The notes: generated from the sequence alone by a model not told the origin. 14,735 bases of DNA from Deltaproteobacteria bacterium TL4 (GCA_051382335.1 JBBCAX010000322.1:1-14735), one strand, 5' to 3'. Counted from the first letter of the stretch, positions 1-7,786 are shown. Program-made: numbers and translations.

Positions 1-100
1 AGTGCTTCCCGGAAAGATTCTTTAAATGCGCATACCACGCAAAAGTCATAAAGACATTACTCAAACATAACAAAGCCGTTGTCGTAATAATTGTACGCAT
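1..100 (-). CDS. DMT-family small membrane protein (DUF486/DMT_6-like), N-terminus only; runs off the window edge
   Basis: Not in the ORF track. ATG at 100-98 with GGAGAGGG SD-like sequence upstream; translates MRTIITTTALLCLSNVFMTFAWYAHLKNLSGKH. SNVFMTFAWYAHLK is the characteristic N-terminal motif of this family. Confidence 0.85.
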   Translation of the reverse strand, partial: MRTIITTTALLCLSNVFMTFAWYAHLKNLSGKH

Positions 101-272
101 AAACGTTCCCTCTCCTAAACACTCGCTTGTGTTTCCGTGGTTTCCTGTGGCTTCGCATCCTCTCCCAAAGGCGGCAAATCGGGGAGTTTCATGGCCCAGG
201 CACTGAGTAGTTTCTCAAATGATTTACCATCATAACTAGCAATCTCAACCGCATATTGTTGTTTGAGTTTCT

Positions 273-424
273 GGCACCTTTCAAAATCCTGGATAAGTAG
301 TTTACAGTTTGAACGAGTCTTTGTCATTCCCGCGAACGCGGGAATCCAGAAGCTACGGACTGAAGATGGATTCCCGCGTTCGCGGGAATGACAACACAGT
401 GTCAACTGGGAAATGAAAGGTGCC
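273..424. mobile_element. MITE-1, 152 bp, non-autonomous
   Basis: Perfect 11-bp TIRs GGCACCTTTCA (273-283) / TGAAAGGTGCC (414-424), flanked by the direct repeat GAGTTTCT (265-272, 425-432). Removal restores an ORF. Confidence 0.92.
321..394. repeat. REP/RPE-like palindromic doublet (GTCATTCCCGC..GCGGGAATCCA class) inside MITE-1
   Basis: Perfect 28-bp inverted repeat TTGTCATTCCCGCGAACGCGGGAATCCA (321-348 / 367-394) with an 18-nt spacer. Each arm is itself a hairpin of the ATTCCC-N8-GGGAAT type. Confidence 0.93.
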
Positions 425-609
425 GAGTTTCTTTTCAATTTCCAGCCCCAACTGAAACAATCGGCAATTACGTAGTATTCTATGCTGCTTTCGCAACTTT
501 TCATCAATCCGCGCTTCAATCTTTCTCTTACGGTTTTGTAGTTTTTTAAGCTTATTACTCATTGTTGCTCCTCTCATTTTGGGAATTATGGGAAAATCGC
601 GGTTCTATA

Positions 610-795
610 GACGTTCATTTAAATAAATTCATTTGAGTCTAACCCAGACTGTGGAGTGCCAAAGCTTGCTTTGGCCAAAGCCAAAGAAAGGCCTTCGCCT
701 TTCTGGTCAAAGCAAGCTTTGACACTCCTGAAACAGCGTTGTTTAAACGGATCACGCAACAGGATGAGTTTTCTGAATTTATTTAAATGAACATC
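610..795. mobile_element. MITE-2, ~186 bp, TA-flanked
   Basis: TIRs GACGTTCATTTAAATAAATTCA (610-631) / TGAATTTATTTAAATGAACATC (774-795), 1 mismatch in 22, with TA on both sides (608-609, 796-797). Intergenic, no long ORF. Confidence 0.8.
653..728. repeat. GGAG-type REP-like doublet inside MITE-2
   Basis: GGAGTGCCAAAGCTTGCTTTGGCC (653-676) pairs with GGTCAAAGCAAGCTTTGACACTCC (705-728), 22/24. Each arm is self-palindromic (GCCAAAGC-TT-GCTTTGGC), and there is an inner hairpin AGAAAGGC-CTTC-GCCTTTCT (685-704). Confidence 0.85.
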
Positions 796-987
796 TATTA
801 GGATGGTTCAGAAGTGTGTAATCCAGAGTTTCTTCTTCCACTCTAGAAGGGTCTGCTCTCAGCATGAATTAAAAAATTAATATTTCAAGTGCATACTGGG
901 ACTTCACCTACAAAACCTGGAGCAGACGACGGAACATCCCGTTTACGGCTTTATTTTTGCATGAGATGTAGGCGTAGAAACCAGTGT

Positions 988-1016
988 TTCAAAGTATTAA
1001 GATTGGTCACTATTAT
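988..1016 (+). promoter_or_regulatory. Putative sigma70-type promoter for the ftsZ-fusion ORF
   Basis: TTCAAA (988-993), 17 bp, TATTAT (1011-1016); GAAAGGA SD-like sequence at 1043-1049 before ATG 1054. Confidence 0.4.
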
Positions 1017-1053
1017 GCTCGTCTGTCGTGTATCGGGTCAATGAAAGGAAAAA

Positions 1054-1752
1054 ATGATGTTTGATTTTTTGGAGAACCCAAAACAGAAACCCCATGTAAA
1101 AGCTGTTCTGAATGAGGGGGTAAAAGTGAAACAACAGGAAATCACTCAAGGGAATATTGTCATTAAGGTTATTGGTGTTGGAGGGGGTGGGGGAAATGCG
1201 GTTAACCGGATGATTGAAGCTCAGTTGGGTGGCGTTGAGTATGTCGCGATCAACACCGATCTGCAGGATCTCAATAAATCAAAGGCAAAAGCCCGATTGA
1301 TTATTGGAGATCATTGTGCCAGAGGTCTGGGCGCCGGAGGAAAACCTGAGAAGGGTCGAATGGCGGCAGAGGAAAGTTTGGAGCATATCCGCAAGTATAC
1401 CCAAAAAGCGGACATGGTGTTTGTAACCGCGGGAATGGGTGGCGGGACGGGAACCAACCGGATTTATGGAAAGTTGCTCGACTTCAACTGGAGAGCGATT
1501 CTGGCCCCCCTTGAGCTCTCCTTTGTGCTTTTTGGAGTAGCGTTGCTCTGGCCGTTCTATCTGTACTGGTACCAACCCGGTCGTTGGGTTGAAATGATAG
1601 GAGGGTGTCTGTTTTTTGCGGGAATGATGGGACTTCGTCTGTTCGCGGAACTCTTTTCTGAACATCGTCAGGAAAAACAGGCCCTTTATCTGAAAATCAA
1701 AAATTTGCTTCACACCATCATCCGTAAAAACCTCAATGCCCCTCATTTTTAG
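1054..1752 (+). CDS. ftsZ: Truncated FtsZ N-terminal GTPase region fused in frame to a 2-TM segment (chimeric or pseudo-ftsZ)
   Basis: aa ~36-134 are clearly Fts[55 protein letters not shown]. Homology stops at nt 1455. What follows is two hydrophobic helices ([46 protein letters not shown]) and a basic tail. No T7 loop, C-terminal domain or conserved C-terminal peptide. Confidence 0.88.
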   Translation: MMFDFLENPKQKPHVKAVLNEGVKVKQQEITQGNIVIKVIGVGGGGGNAVNRMIEAQLGGVEYVAINTDLQDLNKSKAKARLIIGDHCARGLGAGGKPEKGRMAAEESLEHIRKYTQKADMVFVTAGMGGGTGTNRIYGKLLDFNWRAILAPLELSFVLFGVALLWPFYLYWYQPGRWVEMIGGCLFFAGMMGLRLFAELFSEHRQEKQALYLKIKNLLHTIIRKNLNAPHF

Positions 1753-1776
1753 ATACACTTTTCCAGAAAAGTTTGG

Positions 1777-1813
1777 TCCTGGGAATGTGGGTAGGAGGCC
1801 CGCATTCCCAGGA
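1777..1813. terminator. Strong hairpin between convergent genes (bidirectional terminator or REP-like unit)
   Basis: TCCTGGGAATGTGGGT-AGGAG-GCCCGCATTCCCAGGA: 16-bp stem with two G-U pairs. It lacks a clean adjacent U-tract. Confidence 0.55.
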
Positions 1814-1839
1814 AAGACTTAGCTGAAAGTCTATAGACT

Positions 1840-3102
1840 TTAATCGGAGGCAACAATGATTTCCAGATATCGGTCATGCAGCTTACCGATATCCTCTTCA
1901 CGTGGAAGTTGAGAATTTTTCAAAGACTGAAATCCGGCTTGTACCAGTTTTTTAGAGGCGGCAGGAGGCATATTGAGTGCGTTTTTCATGCTGTAGGCCA
2001 AAAGACAGCAGCGAGCATGATCCAGCAGAATCTGACGATGTCCCACATTTCGCTCTGAAATTTGAGCAAGTTGTTTGGTGGCAAGAGCAAAAGCCTGGAG
2101 GCATTTTTGAAATTCCGCGGACATCCGTTTTTGCACAGGAAATTCACATTCAAACAATAGAACGGTTTGCTGAATTTTCTTTAAATAAATATAAGCCTCT
2201 AAATAAGCGGGGAAAGGGCTTTTTTAAACTAAATTAGCTGAAAATCTGGCAAGTTCGAACAATTCGAAATGAAGAAAGGGAAGGACGGCCATTGCACGAA
2301 TCAGGTGAACCAACTTATCTTCCAGGTCTTTTCTGGTTTGTTCCAGGTTTTTGCTGATTAAGGAGATCGTACCATCAACCGCCTGATTCAGCTTTTCCAT
2401 CGTTAACGACAGATCGCCCTTATCTTTTTCTTTTAATTTCGCTGGCAGGCCTTTAATCGTTTTTTCGATCAGATCCAGATTTCGCTTAAGACGCACCCTC
2501 AATTTTTTATAAGGGGTCACATCTTTCGCTTCATCCGCCAGCCTCATCATCGCCGTGTCGCATTTTTCCAGTTCCTGAGTCATTCGTTTTTGTAACTGAT
2601 CCAAATAAAGACCATAGAGTTCTTGAATCGTTCTGATATTGGCCACATTATAATACCCCAAACAGGGCGGAATCGAGGCTTGCATGAGCAGTTTTCTCAT
2701 TTGCGTCAAATTGTATTGCCCTGAAGTTTTTGAGACTTGTGAAACCAACAGTAAGCGTTTTGCGTGAGTCAGCGTTTTTTTTTCTAAATGTTTGGTAAGG
2801 GCAACCATGTTTTGCTTGGTAAACGCAGCAATCTCCAAACCCGAAACTCGTGCGCTTTTCTGGCTTGAAGTATCCGCTTTGGTGCCCAGGATTGATTGAA
2901 AAAGTCGACCTGCAGAGTTGATGAGACCACTGGAGTGCGTCTTTATTTCCTCTCGTCTGAACTTGAGTTCATTCGCGTAAAAATCCCCCAGATCCGGAAT
3001 ACAATCCGTCATTGCCGGATTAAATTTGGCGGTTAAATAACACGAGGACGGTTTTACATTAGAACTTGAATTTTTTATTTGGCTCGTCGGTGTAGATTCC
3101 AT
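1840..3102 (-). pseudogene. ~420-codon alpha-helical hypothetical protein interrupted by a single in-frame TAA (2226-2224)
   Basis: Track ORFs 2224..3102 and 1840..2157 are in the same frame, and the 22 codons between them are all sense (KSPFPAYLEAYIYLKKIQQTVL). The downstream piece has only a TTG start with no evident SD. Confidence 0.8.
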
Positions 3103-3407
3103 AAATTGTCAATCACTAAACAGGGTTGGTCTCAAAAGACTTGGACTGATGAGAACATTAGGCATCCACGCAAGGCGGGACAGAGTCGATCCTACGACGA
3201 TCATTTGCGGATTCGCGATCTTAATCGTAATCTTAATATTAGCAAATTTTAAATAAAATGAGCAAGGGCGTTTTGCTCACTTTGCCTTTAAATAAAGTAC
3301 CGCTCCCTGGACACGAAAATAGAGCCACCTCTTGGACGGAATCCTAATTTTACTAAGAGACTGGAAACTTCGAATCAAAGTAGTTACAATCCGAAGACGA
3401 AAAATAA

Positions 3408-3444
3408 TAAGGAGGTCCACATGGACTATATACTTGATTTATAG
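3408..3444 (+). other. Perfect Shine-Dalgarno plus a 7-codon mini-ORF (MDYILDL*) in the leader of the 965-aa gene
   Basis: TAAGGAGGT (3408-3416), CCAC, ATG 3421 ... TAG 3442-3444. Confidence 0.45.
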
Positions 3445-3502
3445 CTTCTGATCTATCAAGGCATATAGAGATTTGATCCATATTATTGTTGGTTGATGAA
3501 TA

Positions 3503-3521
3503 AGGAGGGATGAGCCCTCCT
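3503..3521 (+). promoter_or_regulatory. Hairpin sequestering an SD-like sequence
   Basis: AGGAGGG-ATGAG-CCCTCCT, a 7-bp perfect stem ending 31 nt upstream of ATG 3553. Confidence 0.45.
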
Positions 3522-3552
3522 GGTAACAGAGAATCAAGGCACTGGAATTAAA

Positions 3553-6450
3553 ATGCTTCATATTGGTGTTATTGCGGGAAATGAAAATCAGGCCGATGCT
3601 TTGATAGAAATTCATAAGAACAGTCAGAATACCTTGTTCTCCAAACAGAACAGCTTCCTTTCAAGCATCACCTCAGAAGAACTGAATGAGGGCTTACCCA
3701 TTGATGTGCTGTTTTATGTATTACCGGTCAGCAAGTTAGGGACTGAGTCCAAATCGAACAGAGCGACCTTGAAATGGATCAGGGAGTTAAGAAATTACTC
3801 CTCAGTTTGTACACGGAAACCGGTGAAGGACAGTCGGCACTTGCTGATTGGAGATGTGACGCTCTATTTGGAACAAATCCAGAAGATGGATTTGGATTTG
3901 TCTGTTCGGTTTCAGGAGGAATCGGAATGGCAGTCCATCGTCTCTGTGGAGCAGGCTTTTAAGCAAGGTCAGCTGGTCGCAATGCCTGCGCTCAAGGCGA
4001 TTATTGACAAGTCGGGAAACCCGTGTGTAACCAATGAAAATGAGTTGATTTCTGTTAATGAAATTTCCCATTTAATCTTTCAGGAAGCGCCGCCTTCTGA
4101 TTTTCAATTGCATGCCTTACGTCTTGTCGCAGAAACGGGACCGCAACCTATTGAAAAGCAGCTAAACAGAAAGCTGCCGGTCCGTGACATTGAGTCCTTT
4201 GTTTTCAAACAAAGTGGTAAAGGCAGAGTGTCCTTTCCCCTTTCTTCAATCAATAGTTTCAAAGTAAAACAAAAGGGAAGCTGGTCCCTGGAATTGTCCG
4301 ATTTGTGGCAAATCCGCAACAAAATCCTGCCTTCGGGGAAGTTCCAACTGCGATTGGATACAGCGACTTTTGAAGATTTGATTATTGATGAAAAAGCATC
4401 ACTCAACGCCTCTTTAAACAAAGTACTGCATCAAATACCACCGAATTGTGAGAATTTTATTTGGCAGCAATATACCGAAGCTCAGATGTTCAGCCTTCAT
4501 GAGCGACCGGTTCTGATTGCCATTGAACCGGATTTGGCCGAAATTTTAGCGCAGCAACTCAAGTTCACAGGTTTTAAGAACATCAGCCTCACACAAAATG
4601 CGGTGGAGCTGGAACGTTCCTTACAGGCCTGCAATATCCCTGGGCATCAACAAAAAAAGGTTCAATCCGAAAAATCAACATTTCCCACCATCATCACAAC
4701 TAAAAGTCAGCAAGTGGACATTAAGCGGCAATACCCTGCCATTAAGTGTTACGCCATTCCCGAGCTTGAGCTCATGGCACCGAAGGATGCCAAACAAAAA
4801 GAAGAGTGGAATCAGCTGAAAGCGATTACAGAACAAAAAATTAATGAAATGTTGCAGGAAGCCGCAGGACATCCGCTACAAAGTTTTTACCTCAATATTG
4901 TGCAACTCTTTTTCTCTTATCTGCATGAGGAAAATTCAACGGATTTGATTGGCAAATTGCAAGAGACCACCTTGAGTTTCCTAAAAAACCTGCCTCTTTT
5001 TTTTCAAGCGGAATTGGATGATCTGAACCTGCAGAAACAACGCAAGCAGGAACTTGAGACGCAAATAGCGCAAGACCAGAAAAATTCGGAGGAACTGGTT
5101 AAAAACACCGCCAAGCAAGAACAAGAGATCGAGCGATTGAACCGCATTTTGACGGAAAAACAAGTCCAGGTAGATCAATTGTTGGAGCATGAAAAGAAAC
5201 TGATGGACTACTCCATCGAGTTCTTGGAACTTTCCTCCAACAGAAAAAGCATCACTGCCAAAGCCAAGACGCTGCAGCGACAGATTCAACATTCCAAACA
5301 ACGAATTGCGCAAACCCAGGCGGAGCATCTTGAGCTTCAGAAAAAAATCAAACACCTTGATAAAGCCCCGCCTGAGGCTTCAGCGCAGACAACATTCTTT
5401 GGCGTGAAAAAGGAGGACCCCTCCCAAAAACTAATGCTCCAGTTACGCAAAGAGCGGGAAAAGCTAAAAAACTATTTTGAACTGACCAATGACCTGTTAA
5501 AAAAAGATAAAATCAAATTTGACGAATACCGCAGCCAACTCCAGAAAACTCAAGACCGTTATAATGAGCTCAATACCCTCGTCAATGGCACCCCCAATGG
5601 AGAACAACAGCAGACCTCCAATGAAGTGATTGCCGGAATGCAGCGGGAAAATGAGGTTTTGGGAAAACTCTTGCGTCTCAATGAAGAACAAGCTAACGAA
5701 CTCAAGATCTTGAAAGCAGCTCAAGAAGTAGCACAGAAAAAGCTGGCCGTCTTGACACGCGATATCATCGGACAGGAATTAGCCTTCAATAAAGAAAAGC
5801 AGGAAGCCGAAGACTTTGGGAAAAAAATCATCACCTGGATCACCAACCTTTCCCAAAGCAGCAACATCAAGGAAAGTCTCTCAGAACTGGAAAAACAAGC
5901 GGAAGGGGGTTTTAAAGAAATCACAGAACTGATTGAAATGATCAACAAGTTGATGACACTTCGCAAAATCCAGGATAAAAACCAATCTTTGGTCTCCATC
6001 ATCATGAAAAGTCTGGACATGCAGTTTTCTTTTTACCATGTCCCCAACCTCAAAAATCTGGGAGCTCCCCTGGTTTTTATCGGGGATCAAATGAAGTATC
6101 CCTTTTTTGCGGCAGGTTTGATGGCCATGTTTCAATTAAACATCAAAAAAGGGCAGATCATTAACTGGGAAAAGTTCCAACAAGAGCAACATCAATTCGC
6201 GCGTCAAATCATCATCATCGACTTTTCAAACCAATCCGGAAATGAATTGATGATCTCCAAAGTTCGTGAACTGTGTTTCAAGAGTGTGCTGCAAAACTTT
6301 TTTATCGCGTTACTCCCGGAAGATCAGCTTTTTGATGAAAAATGGTATGCGTTCAGAAGTCTGGCGTTGTGCCTTCCCGCGAATCATCTGGAGACCTTCT
6401 TATCCAGACCTTTTTTTAAGTGGCTGGATGCTATCAAGGAAATCGGCTAA
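3553..6450 (+). CDS. 965-aa hypothetical protein with a long central coiled coil and degenerate receiver-like alpha/beta segments
   Basis: Long uninterrupted ORF. aa ~485-810 is E/K/Q/L-rich and heptad-like. VLIAIEPDLAEILAQQLKFTGFKNISLTQNAVEL (aa ~320-353) and C-terminal RQIIIIDFS...FFIALLP resemble receiver strands. No Walker A, so not a true SMC. Confidence 0.85.
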   Translation: MLHIGVIAGNENQADALIEIHKNSQNTLFSKQNSFLSSITSEELNEGLPIDVLFYVLPVSKLGTESKSNRATLKWIRELRNYSSVCTRKPVKDSRHLLIGDVTLYLEQIQKMDLDLSVRFQEESEWQSIVSVEQAFKQGQLVAMPALKAIIDKSGNPCVTNENELISVNEISHLIFQEAPPSDFQLHALRLVAETGPQPIEKQLNRKLPVRDIESFVFKQSGKGRVSFPLSSINSFKVKQKGSWSLELSDLWQIRNKILPSGKFQLRLDTATFEDLIIDEKASLNASLNKVLHQIPPNCENFIWQQYTEAQMFSLHERPVLIAIEPDLAEILAQQLKFTGFKNISLTQNAVELERSLQACNIPGHQQKKVQSEKSTFPTIITTKSQQVDIKRQYPAIKCYAIPELELMAPKDAKQKEEWNQLKAITEQKINEMLQEAAGHPLQSFYLNIVQLFFSYLHEENSTDLIGKLQETTLSFLKNLPLFFQAELDDLNLQKQRKQELETQIAQDQKNSEELVKNTAKQEQEIERLNRILTEKQVQVDQLLEHEKKLMDYSIEFLELSSNRKSITAKAKTLQRQIQHSKQRIAQTQAEHLELQKKIKHLDKAPPEASAQTTFFGVKKEDPSQKLMLQLRKEREKLKNYFELTNDLLKKDKIKFDEYRSQLQKTQDRYNELNTLVNGTPNGEQQQTSNEVIAGMQRENEVLGKLLRLNEEQANELKILKAAQEVAQKKLAVLTRDIIGQELAFNKEKQEAEDFGKKIITWITNLSQSSNIKESLSELEKQAEGGFKEITELIEMINKLMTLRKIQDKNQSLVSIIMKSLDMQFSFYHVPNLKNLGAPLVFIGDQMKYPFFAAGLMAMFQLNIKKGQIINWEKFQQEQHQFARQIIIIDFSNQSGNELMISKVRELCFKSVLQNFFIALLPEDQLFDEKWYAFRSLALCLPANHLETFLSRPFFKWLDAIKEIG

Positions 6451-6542
6451 CGCCTAGTATGATGAATATTCGCCTAAAAGCTAATGGTTTTCTTTCAAAA
6501 TGAGAGATCCATTTTTATTGCGAATTTTAGGTACAAGTTCTT

Positions 6543-7103
6543 CTATCTCTGCTCTAGTTCGCTTCCTGTCCTCCAGAGAGATCCCCCCCCCCCTTCAGGT
6601 GAATTGAGAGAAGGATAATTACGAACCAGCACCGCCAAACCATTTGATTCCGCCAGTTCCTCTTCCAAATCCCACAACATCGCCCAGGCCGCATAAACCG
6701 TGGAAGAAATATTATTGTCTTTCGCTTCTATATAAAACTCTTTCAATGTTCTCTGTAAGATGGCTTTATCCAAACGCCCCAGTTGATTCACATCCGGGGT
6801 TTGATCGGATCTGCCAATTTCGAACTCATCCTGGTTTAAAAGAATGGAAACACGAAGAGGTTGCCAGTTATCAAACTGAAACTTTTTGATAGTCTCAAAG
6901 AAAAACTGGACTAAAAACTCAGGCTCATGGTAGTTGGCGCTCCCCACAATAAAATCAATGTAAACATCCTTATTGTGGTCGCTCAATTCGATTTTTTTGA
7001 TTTGCGCCCATTCCTCCTTCCGAAGGCGATATTTCTTTGCGGCGCTTTTGGCATATTGCACAAGGACCTCGCCGAACGTCGATTTCGAAAGATAATAATC
7101 CAC
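6543..7103 (-). CDS. Hypothetical protein; the C-terminus depends on a G11 tract and the start codon is uncertain
   Basis: 186-aa ORF with a GTG start; the frame stays open upstream to ~7229 without an ATG. No recognisable motif. Confidence 0.6.
   Translation of the reverse strand: MDYYLSKSTFGEVLVQYAKSAAKKYRLRKEEWAQIKKIELSDHNKDVYIDFIVGSANYHEPEFLVQFFFETIKKFQFDNWQPLRVSILLNQDEFEIGRSDQTPDVNQLGRLDKAILQRTLKEFYIEAKDNNISSTVYAAWAMLWDLEEELAESNGLAVLVRNYPSLNSPEGGGGSLWRTGSELEQR
6583..6593 (-). repeat. G11 homopolymer within the coding strand
   Basis: C11 on the + strand (6583-6593), by far the longest G/C run noticed in the window. Confidence 0.95.
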
Positions 7104-7426
7104 GCCAAGCTCTATGCCCTTTTTATCTAGACATCGGTTGAGAAAAGATGGTATGAGAAGATCATGAGGTCTGCGGGTAAGAGGGGTTCTGTTTAAAGAA
7201 GGGGCTTTTAAGGCTATTAAGGGTTTCTTTTAGGGCTGGAATGATGAAAATGGCTTGCCCCGCTTTGGACGTGTCGCCCCTGATCAAGGTAACAGCGGAA
7301 TGGTTATTGCGGAATGGTAAAGTTCCCTTGGGGGATGACTCATCGCGAACTTCGACCACGCGGAGAAATACAGACGAAAATATGATCAACCATGAATGAA
7401 TTCATTGTCGTGATAGGAGAAAGATA

Positions 7427-7786
7427 ATGTCAAAAAAGGCTTTAGTGATGGACGACTCCCCTATAATTCGTAAAATGCTCGCTTTTGGGTTAAAGAAAGA
7501 TTTTGAAGTAATAGAAGCCGGCAATGGAGAAGAAGGCTTGGCTTTGACAACTCAGCATGAGTTTGAGTTGATTTTTTCTGATATCAACATGCCCCACATG
7601 AATGGTGTTGAGTTTCTGACGCAATTCCGTAAAACCAACACCACAACGCCGGTCTATATGTTGACCTCGGAAAAAGAGGATGTCTACAAGCAGCAGTGTT
7701 TGGATTTAGGAGCAACTGATTTTTTCAAAAAACCTTTCAAGCCTAATACCTTGGCGGTAGCACTTGAAAACCTGTTGAAAAAATAA
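7427..7786 (+). CDS. cheY: Single-domain CheY-like response regulator
   Basis: D9-D10 acidic pocket, phosphoacceptor D52 (IFSDINMPHMNG), T80, K102-P103; SD AGGAGA upstream. The symbol denotes family, not proven orthology. Confidence 0.92.
   Translation: MSKKALVMDDSPIIRKMLAFGLKKDFEVIEAGNGEEGLALTTQHEFELIFSDINMPHMNGVEFLTQFRKTNTTTPVYMLTSEKEDVYKQQCLDLGATDFFKKPFKPNTLAVALENLLKK

Larger units (their letters stand above)
115..562 (-). pseudogene. 95-aa basic/helical protein gene disrupted by a MITE; weak resemblance to TraD/DUF3847-type mobilisation accessory proteins
   Basis: ATG at 562-560 preceded by GAGGAG. Deleting 273-424 plus one 8-bp duplicate (160 bp) joins track ORFs 353..577 and 115..519 in frame: MSNKLKKLQNRKRKIEARIDEKLRKQHRILRNCRLFQLGLEIEKKL|KQQYAVEIASYDGKSFEKLLSAWAMKLPDLPPLGEDAKPQETTETQASV*. 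The family guess rests only on the R..R..RLFQLG..IEK pattern. Confidence 0.9.

Noticed and set aside
115..577. Track ORFs 115..519 and 353..577 as two real genes
   Set aside because: They are the two halves of one gene frameshifted by MITE-1. The peptides CHSRERGNP, WIPAFAGMT and SFPRTRES are translations of the REP palindrome.
321..728. CRISPR array
   Set aside because: The repeats are inverted pairs of two unrelated families, not direct repeats with unique spacers, and no cas genes are present.
2224..3513. Stop-codon reassignment (in-frame TAA at 2224-2226; TAGs in the 3421 mini-ORF)
   Set aside because: TAA, TAG and TGA all terminate clear genes here (cheY TAA, restored 95-aa gene TAG, kinase 1 TGA), so the standard code applies.
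3553..6450. SMC/Rad50 ATPase or methyl-accepting chemoreceptor
   Set aside because: No Walker A/B or signature motif and no MCP hairpin-tip motif; only generic coiled coil.
7162..7389. 75-aa minus-strand ORF
   Set aside because: TTG start, no SD and no motif. It could be an eroded 5' part of the 6543..7103 gene, but this cannot be supported.
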